This document shows positions 58,053 to 64,000 of a DNA stretch of 64,000 nt, one piece after another (within the stretch, counting starts at the first letter, position 1; every line of letters begins with the position of its first letter). Both the position numbers and the translations under genes were made by a program. The stretch lies in contig JBDRET010000024.1 of the NCBI GenBank assembly GCA_043819495.1, forward strand, positions 7,177 to 71,176, read 5' to 3'. Source of the stretch: Candidatus Woesearchaeota archaeon (GTDB taxonomy: Archaea; Nanobdellota; Nanobdellia; Woesearchaeales; UBA11576). The notes under the pieces are model-generated. The model saw only the letters and a program-made list of their open reading frames with translations, had not been told where the DNA came from and did not search any database.

Positions 58053-58463
58053 TTATGCTACCTCTGCATCCTCGGCAGGTGTTTTTTGCTCTTCCAGCTC
58101 TGGAGGGATGTCTGATTCTGGTGCTGATGCTTCTTTCTCTTCTTCAGCATCTTGGTCGTCCTCTAAATCTTCCTCTTCTGTGACCTCTTCCTGGATGACC
58201 TCGACCTCTTCTGCCTTGATTATATCCCTTGCAGAAGCTTTCTTAACTTGTTCGTAAGTGTAAGCCTTACCAGCGAACTTTGCTTTGCATTTATCACAGA
58301 ACCAGATGCCTCTTGATTCCCTTTTAACCTTTACATAATTACAGAAAGGGCATTTATGAAGTCCTCTGTGTCCTTTCTCTATTGCAGCGACTTTTTCTTT
58401 GTTTCTACGACCGTATCTTGGTCCATATCGATTTGTAGAACCTGAATTTGTTTTTTTAGCCAT
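58053..58463 (-). CDS. rpl37ae: 50S ribosomal protein L37Ae (eL43) with acidic C-terminal extension
   Basis: RYGPRYG, CPFC...VKR...GIWFCDKC...FAG.AY. Confidence 0.92.
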   Translation of the reverse strand: MAKKTNSGSTNRYGPRYGRRNKEKVAAIEKGHRGLHKCPFCNYVKVKRESRGIWFCDKCKAKFAGKAYTYEQVKKASARDIIKAEEVEVIQEEVTEEEDLEDDQDAEEEKEASAPESDIPPELEEQKTPAEDAEVA

Positions 58464-58611
58464 TTTAACCCTTTAATGTTTTTAAACTGTCTTTTTGACC
58501 GTTATTTTGGATATTATTTGCTTTTTAGTCATTAAAAGCAGATATTGTGTCAATTTTTGTTTGTTTATAAAATTTGCTTGATTTGTTGTGGTTTGAGGGA
58601 ATATAAATGCA

Positions 58612-58752
58612 AAAATCCTCAAAATCCTGTTAGGGATTTTGGGATGCCAAAACGTTTTCGTTTTGAGCATAATCTCGATTCCCTGCGGTCATCGGGATTG
58701 TTGAGCATATAAAAACACAAAATCCCGACTCGCAAGCTCATCGGAATTTTGT
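58612..58752. repeat. Cluster of four adjacent palindromes
   Basis: caaaatcc/ggattttg, caaaacg/cgttttg, aatctcgat/atcgggatt, acaaaatcccga/tcggaattttgt. Confidence 0.7.
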
Positions 58753-58762
58753 CTTTCTTAAA

Positions 58763-58873
58763 TGGGGCTACCCGGATTTGAACCGGGGTCACATGGCCCC
58801 AAACCACGAATGATAGTTGCTTCAACGTAACCCAGTAAACTGGTTTACGCTGGCCAAGCTACACCATAGCCCC
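58763..58873 (-). tRNA. tRNA-Pro(UGG) with 37-nt non-canonical D-loop intron (58817-58853)
   Basis: Acceptor GGGGCTA/TAGCCCC, anticodon arm CGTGG-TTTGGGG-CCATG, T-arm CCCGG-TTCAAAT-CCGGG; perfect BHB motif; CCA not encoded. Confidence 0.92.
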
Positions 58874-58967
58874 ATATGTCTTTCTGGGTTTTTGAGGCGG
58901 TATTTAAAGGTTTTGTAGTTAGGTTCAGTCTAATGTTTTATATACCACCTTTTTCTCTTGTTGATAC

Positions 58968-60074
58968 GTGGCACAGATCGATGAGATTCAGAGGTATCAC
59001 CTCAAGAAATTCGTGAAAGAGTTAAGCAAGCATAGAGGCAGGCATACAGAGCTTGTCAGCGTGTATATCCCTGCAGGCTATGACCTCAACCTCATCATGA
59101 ACCATATCTCTCAGGAGCAGGGTACAGCCTCCAATATCAAGAGTAAGCAGACAAGGGAGAATGTAATAGGTGCACTTGAGAGGATAATCCAGCATCTGAG
59201 ACTGTTCAAGAAGACTCCAACGAACGGACTTGCAGTATTTGCAGGGAATGTTGCAGAGAAAGAAGGACAGGAAAATCTGCAGGTATGGAGCATAGAGCCA
59301 CCAGTGCCTCTGAAATTCCGGACATACAGATGTGACAAGGAATTCGTCATCGAACCGCTACGTGACATGCTTGATAATAAAGAAGTATATGGGCTGGTAG
59401 TGCTTGACAGAAGGGATGCGATGCTTGCACTGCTGAAAGGCAAAGCACTCATACCGATGCGCAAGACACATTCAGAAGTCCCTGGAAAGATGCGGGCAGG
59501 AGGACAGTCTGCACCAAGGTTCGCCCGTCTAAGGGAAGGAGCGATCAAGGACCATTACAAGAAAGTTGCAGAATACATGAAAGAGGAATTTCTCAAGCTC
59601 GAAGGCCTTAAGGGCATAATCATAGGAGGGCCTGGAGTCACCATAAATGATTTCATAGGTCATGATTACCTGACAGGTGACCTGAAGAAGAAGATCATCG
59701 GGACAAAAGACCTGTCATACACAGAAGAGTTCGGACTTCAAGAGCTGCTTGAGAAGAGCGAGGACCTGCTTTCCGCAGAAGAGGTCTCTGCAGAGAAGAA
59801 GATAGTCAGCCAGTTCCTCCAGTATCTTGCAAAGAGTCCCGAGATGGTCAGCTACGGGCAAGACCATGTCAAGAAAGTGCTTGCGATGGGCGCTGTTAAC
59901 ATTTTGCTCCTTTCTGAAAGTCTAGACGAAGATGAACTTGAAGCGTTTGAGGAAGATGCAAAGAAAGTAGGATCTGAAGTCAGGATAATCTCGGTCGATA
60001 CCCGTGAAGGGGTGCAGCTCCGTGAACTTGGCAAGATTGCTGCGATATTGCGATACCCAGTCAGCACAGAGTAG
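58968..60074 (+). CDS. prf1: Peptide chain release factor aRF1
   Basis: TASNIKS, Y.CD..F, GGQSA.RF.RLR. Confidence 0.95.
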   Translation: MAQIDEIQRYHLKKFVKELSKHRGRHTELVSVYIPAGYDLNLIMNHISQEQGTASNIKSKQTRENVIGALERIIQHLRLFKKTPTNGLAVFAGNVAEKEGQENLQVWSIEPPVPLKFRTYRCDKEFVIEPLRDMLDNKEVYGLVVLDRRDAMLALLKGKALIPMRKTHSEVPGKMRAGGQSAPRFARLREGAIKDHYKKVAEYMKEEFLKLEGLKGIIIGGPGVTINDFIGHDYLTGDLKKKIIGTKDLSYTEEFGLQELLEKSEDLLSAEEVSAEKKIVSQFLQYLAKSPEMVSYGQDHVKKVLAMGAVNILLLSESLDEDELEAFEEDAKKVGSEVRIISVDTREGVQLRELGKIAAILRYPVSTE

Positions 60075-60097
60075 AGGTGTGCACACTAACAGATAAA

Positions 60098-60841
60098 ATG
60101 GAAGATACCAACCTCGCGGAAACTGCGTACAGGTCATTGTTCCCTGATTCTACATTTAACTATACTTTTATCGTTACATATTCCGGCCGATTGAAAGATT
60201 ATGGTGCGTATGTCTCAATGAAAGGCACGTTGCTTGAATTCAAGATGTCCTGTCTATGGTATCAGATATCACCCGAGATACAGATGGGTCTGATGCAGGA
60301 ACTGATATTGAAATTATTCAAGCGGAAGAAGTCATCGATGTATATCGATCTGTATAACAGTTTCGTGAAGAATCTGCATATCGCAGTGCCTAAGGATGAT
60401 GTCGATCCTGAGCTTCAGCAGTGTTTTGACAGGGTGAATGAAAGGTATTTTTTGGGTCTTGTCGAGATGCCTAATCTTGTATGGGGAAAGTTCGCTACGA
60501 CCACATTCGGCAGCTATGATTTCAAGTGTGACAGGATCACAATCAGCAGAGTGTTCAAGGAGATCGATGATCAGCAGTATATCGATTACATAATGTTCCA
60601 TGAGATGCTGCATAAGCAGAGAAAATTCTTCAAGTCAGGAGCACGCACATATTACCATGACAAGAAGTTCAAGAGGCTTGAGAAAGTGTTTGAGCAGGGC
60701 CCTCAGATAGAGAAAGACCTGAGCAGAGTTGTTGCAAGGGCAAAGGCAACAGCTGCGTACAGGGACAGGACTGTAAAGAAGAAGGATGATTCAATATCAA
60801 GACAGAAGACGACTATGGGTAGGTTGTTTGGGTGGCTGTGA
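60098..60841 (+). CDS. SprT-like zinc metalloprotease domain protein
   Basis: FD.VN..YF, GSY, YIMFHEMLH.....H...F. Confidence 0.7.
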   Translation: MEDTNLAETAYRSLFPDSTFNYTFIVTYSGRLKDYGAYVSMKGTLLEFKMSCLWYQISPEIQMGLMQELILKLFKRKKSSMYIDLYNSFVKNLHIAVPKDDVDPELQQCFDRVNERYFLGLVEMPNLVWGKFATTTFGSYDFKCDRITISRVFKEIDDQQYIDYIMFHEMLHKQRKFFKSGARTYYHDKKFKRLEKVFEQGPQIEKDLSRVVARAKATAAYRDRTVKKKDDSISRQKTTMGRLFGWL

Positions 60842-61037
60842 GCCAGTTTTTATGTCCCTTTTATGTTATCTTAATCTTGTTTTATATCATAATTCTGCTT
60901 TATACTGCAATTATGCTTTGATCGCATCACCTAATTAATAGTATATTTGTGCAATCCACCAAAATATTTATAAACATGGTCAGAAAAAGGGTTTGTAGGT
61001 TCTTTATTACTGAAAAACGGATTATTAAGGGATATAT

Positions 61038-61448
61038 ATGGAAACAGAGGGAGAAACCAAGAAAGCAAGTGTAGGCGGTCTGCAGAAAGGTGCATACATC
61101 GTTGTTGATGGTGTAGCATGCAAGATAGTCTCTACAGCGACTTCCAGACCTGGAAAACACGGCCATGCGAAAGTTAATCTGATGGCTGTAGGTATACTTG
61201 ATGGCAAGAAAAGGAACATGATACTTCCAGGGCATGATAGTGTTGACGTTCCTATAATAGGTAAGATGAGCGCACAGGTGCTCTCAATAACCGGTGACAA
61301 AGCAAGTGTAATGGATATCGAGACATATGAGACATTCGATCTGGATATACCTGATGAGCTGAAAGGTCAGATAACTGAAGGTGCAGAGGTACTGTACTGG
61401 GTCGTGCTGACTGAGCGAGTCATGAAGCAGGTCAAAGGCGCTGAGTAA
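61038..61448 (+). CDS. eif5a: Translation factor aIF5A
   Basis: Hypusine motif PGKHGHAK. Confidence 0.95.
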   Translation: METEGETKKASVGGLQKGAYIVVDGVACKIVSTATSRPGKHGHAKVNLMAVGILDGKKRNMILPGHDSVDVPIIGKMSAQVLSITGDKASVMDIETYETFDLDIPDELKGQITEGAEVLYWVVLTERVMKQVKGAE

Positions 61449-61461
61449 GGAGTGAATAAAA

Positions 61462-61623
61462 ATGGCAAAATTCGATGAGGCTATAGCAAGAAAATTCGCA
61501 AATATCTTCGTATGCAGAAGGTGCAAGTCAAAGGTCCGGGCCCCTAACCTGAAAGTGATTGCAGGCAAGGTAAGCTGCAGGAAGTGCGGAACCAAAGCTC
61601 TCAAGCCTAAGAGAAGGAAGTAA
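61462..61623 (+). CDS. rpl40e: 50S ribosomal protein L40e
   Basis: Manual translation MAKFDEAIARKFANIFVCRRCKSK...CRKCGTKALKPKRRK. Confidence 0.88.
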   Translation: MAKFDEAIARKFANIFVCRRCKSKVRAPNLKVIAGKVSCRKCGTKALKPKRRK

Positions 61624-61684
61624 ACATCCTATTCATAAATAGTTAAATATTTTCTAGTATCTAAAAAAGAAGTGAATTGATAAA

Positions 61685-62878
61685 ATGGGATTTTTCCAAG
61701 ACTACCGCTGGGTCATCTTATTCTATTCTACTATCATATTGTTGGTCTATATCTTCAGGAAGAAATTTGATGTGCATCATAAGTTCCTTGCGATGTACCG
61801 GACCAAGGTCGGCATCAAGCTGATGGATAAGATTGGGGTGAAGCACTCAGAGACTGTAAAGCTGCTGGGCTATATAGGGATTGGTGTCGGGTACAGCGGT
61901 CTTGTATTGATAGTATATTACCTTATGAAGAACCTGTTCAATCTTCTTACAGTACCTACTGCGACTTCTGCAATAAGCCTGGTCATTCCGGGAGTCAAGA
62001 TCCCGGGCAGTCCGATAATGATACCTTTGATAACCGGATGGATAGCGTTATTCATTGTCATACTCGTGCATGAATTCTCTCATGGTGTTGTCGCTCGCGC
62101 ACATAAGATCCCTGTCAAGTCATCAGGAATATTCTTCATGGGACCTCTCATGGGTGCGTTTGTCGAGCCTGAAGAGAAAAAACTGAGAAAAGCATCTGAC
62201 ACGACACAATATTCAGTATATGCTGCAGGACCTTTCTCTAATGTCCTGCTCGCAATGCTCTGCCTGTTCATGCTCACTTATGCATTTGATCCTGTACTTA
62301 GTTCAATGTCAACAGAAGTCGGGGTATCTGTTGTTGGCGTCACTGAAGGATACCCTGCAATGGATGCCGGACTTGAAGGAGGCATGGTGATAACTGCAGT
62401 AAATGATGTCTCAATAACAAATCATGCAAAGTTCACTGAAACCATGCAGGATATAGGTCCTGGAGAAGAGATCACGATAACTACTGACAGTGCTGTGTAT
62501 GATATAGTGACTGTTGAAAATCCTTCAGATGCGAAGAAAGGATACATAGGTATAATGGCCTCGACTAAGTCAAAGACTGAGCTGAACAACCAGGCATCAT
62601 ACTATAAGATATTGCATAGGATACTCATGTGGTTAGGAGAGCTCATGGCCATAACAGGACTATTGAGCCTCGGTATAGGTCTTGCAAACCTGCTGCCTCT
62701 TGGTCCTGTAGATGGCGGAAGGATGCTACAGGTATCTTTAGAGAAGATAAAAGGACTAGAGACAGGCGAATCATGGTGGCGGAAAGTAAGTGTCGCTACA
62801 TTATGCCTGTTGGCAATAAACATATTCTGGCCTGTGATAAAATGGGTTACAGGACAGATAGGAAAGATATTCCTTTAA
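61685..62878 (+). CDS. Site-2 protease (M50) with PDZ domain
   Basis: HEFSHG, GAFVEP, AAGPFSN, NLLPLGPVDGG. Confidence 0.92.
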   Translation: MGFFQDYRWVILFYSTIILLVYIFRKKFDVHHKFLAMYRTKVGIKLMDKIGVKHSETVKLLGYIGIGVGYSGLVLIVYYLMKNLFNLLTVPTATSAISLVIPGVKIPGSPIMIPLITGWIALFIVILVHEFSHGVVARAHKIPVKSSGIFFMGPLMGAFVEPEEKKLRKASDTTQYSVYAAGPFSNVLLAMLCLFMLTYAFDPVLSSMSTEVGVSVVGVTEGYPAMDAGLEGGMVITAVNDVSITNHAKFTETMQDIGPGEEITITTDSAVYDIVTVENPSDAKKGYIGIMASTKSKTELNNQASYYKILHRILMWLGELMAITGLLSLGIGLANLLPLGPVDGGRMLQVSLEKIKGLETGESWWRKVSVATLCLLAINIFWPVIKWVTGQIGKIFL

Positions 62879-62908
62879 TTCCTGCATCATCATAGAGGTA
62901 TTTTTGAT

Positions 62909-63763
62909 ATGATACACATAATACTTCTCGAACCTGTAATCCCTGGAAATGTTGGAGCGATAGCAAGGGTGATGAAGAACTTCGGTTTTGAAAAGCTCGT
63001 CCTTGTCGGGCCGCATTGTGACCATCTTTGTGATGAAGCCAGGAACAGGGCAAAGCACGCGCAGGAGATACTTGATAATGCTGAAGTGTCTGAATTCTTT
63101 GTGGTGGAAGAATATGATTATCTTATCGCGACGACAGCGAAGATGGGGAGCGAGTACAACATCTCACGGTCTCCATTGACTCCTGAGGAACTGGCAAGAA
63201 AAGTCAAGGGGATCGACCCTAATAAGAGGATCGCTTTGGTCATAGGCCGTGAAGGTCCTGGAATGTTCAACGAAGAGATCGCAAAATGTGACTTCATAAC
63301 GACTATACCTGCGGATCCTGCCTACCCGACGCTGAACATATCACATTCTGTTGCGGTGCTGCTCTACGCATTGCATAGTGAGCTTGCAGCGAACAGTTCC
63401 GCAAGCCATGTCATCCCGATAGGTAAGCAGGAGAAGGATCATCTGCTCCGCATGTTCAATGAACTTTTTGACAGGCTGCACTGGGAGACTCCTGAACGCA
63501 GAGAGACCCAGGAGACGCTCTGGAAGCGAGTGCTCGGAAAGGCGATGTTGACTAAGCGAGAAGCGTTTGCTGTGATGGGGTTGTTGACAAAAGTGCTGTA
63601 TAAGATAGGGGATGGTAATCCTAAACCCGTATTGAAATCATCATCTAAACCAAAGCAGAAGCAAAGACCTCAGGCAAAGCCAAATAAGCCAACACTGAAG
63701 ACAAATACCCTGACAAAGGTAAGAAAGCCTGTTCACAAGAAAAATGGCAAAAGATATAAATAA
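62909..63763 (+). CDS. TrmJ/LasT family SPOUT RNA methyltransferase
   Basis: EP..PGNVGAIARVMKNFG, GRE..G..NEE, YPTLNISHSV. Confidence 0.88.
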   Translation: MIHIILLEPVIPGNVGAIARVMKNFGFEKLVLVGPHCDHLCDEARNRAKHAQEILDNAEVSEFFVVEEYDYLIATTAKMGSEYNISRSPLTPEELARKVKGIDPNKRIALVIGREGPGMFNEEIAKCDFITTIPADPAYPTLNISHSVAVLLYALHSELAANSSASHVIPIGKQEKDHLLRMFNELFDRLHWETPERRETQETLWKRVLGKAMLTKREAFAVMGLLTKVLYKIGDGNPKPVLKSSSKPKQKQRPQAKPNKPTLKTNTLTKVRKPVHKKNGKRYK

Positions 63764-63799
63764 TCGCCAGACAATATCGCACACTATCAAGGTAATAAA

Positions 63800-64000
63800 A
63801 TGGCAGATGAGAAGGAAAACAAGGGAATAACCGTCAAGAAGTCAGAGAATTTCTCTGAATGGTATACTCAGACCATACAGAAAGCAGAGCTTGCTGATTA
63901 CTCAAAAGTCTCAGGGTGTATGATATTTCGGCCTCGTGCATATTCTATGTGGGAAGTTGTCCAGCAGGTTGTAGGAAATGAGTTCAAACGTGCAGGCATA
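63800..64000 (+). CDS. proS: Prolyl-tRNA synthetase (archaeal/eukaryal type), partial
   Basis: GITVKKSENFSEWYTQ..QKAELADY..VSGCMIFRP...WE. Confidence 0.9.
   Translation, partial: MADEKENKGITVKKSENFSEWYTQTIQKAELADYSKVSGCMIFRPRAYSMWEVVQQVVGNEFKRAGI

Noticed and set aside
58482..58825. ORFs 58482-58670 and 58619-58825
   Set aside because: They run through an AT-rich promoter region, palindromes and the tRNA; no coding signal.
544..63179. Many antisense or alternate-frame ORFs in the supplied track (e.g. 2155-2820, 6931-7701, 9381-10061, 50496-51146) and 5' extensions of 33727-34602, 34304-35182, 47036-48565, 56142-57050
   Set aside because: They overlap well-supported genes, lack motifs and are shadow ORFs; starts were trimmed to the recognisable protein.

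Overview
This window is gene-dense archaeal chromosomal DNA. It carries an archaeal information core (CCA-adding enzyme, Taw1, TFS, NMD3, Pth2, SRP54, DRG, prefoldin beta-Pcc1-RpoP-L37Ae, aRF1, aIF5A, L40e, ProRS) mixed with bacterial-type ThrRS, GlyA, FolC and a double-domain ThyX. That mix suggests a DPANN (Woesearchaeota-like) genome, which is an inference. Main observations: (1) a dispersed, co-oriented family of about 100-nt hairpin elements (4 clear copies) with freely varying but complementary stems enclosing three conserved boxes separated by 25-nt and 22-24-nt segments, plus several other structured intergenic elements; (2) a cluster of three paralogous membrane proteins, two coiled-coil proteins, a HerA/VirB4-like ATPase and a VirB11/FlaI-like ATPase; (3) a 598-aa LAGLIDADG intein in the SRP54 P-loop; (4) tRNA-Pro(UGG) with a 37-nt D-loop intron in a perfect BHB motif; (5) a GAF-GAF adenylate cyclase divergent from a degenerate diadenylate-cyclase-like gene; (6) a 10-kb dTTP/folate cluster containing a YhhQ transporter. 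All calls were made by eye from motifs; no database searches or folding programs were run.
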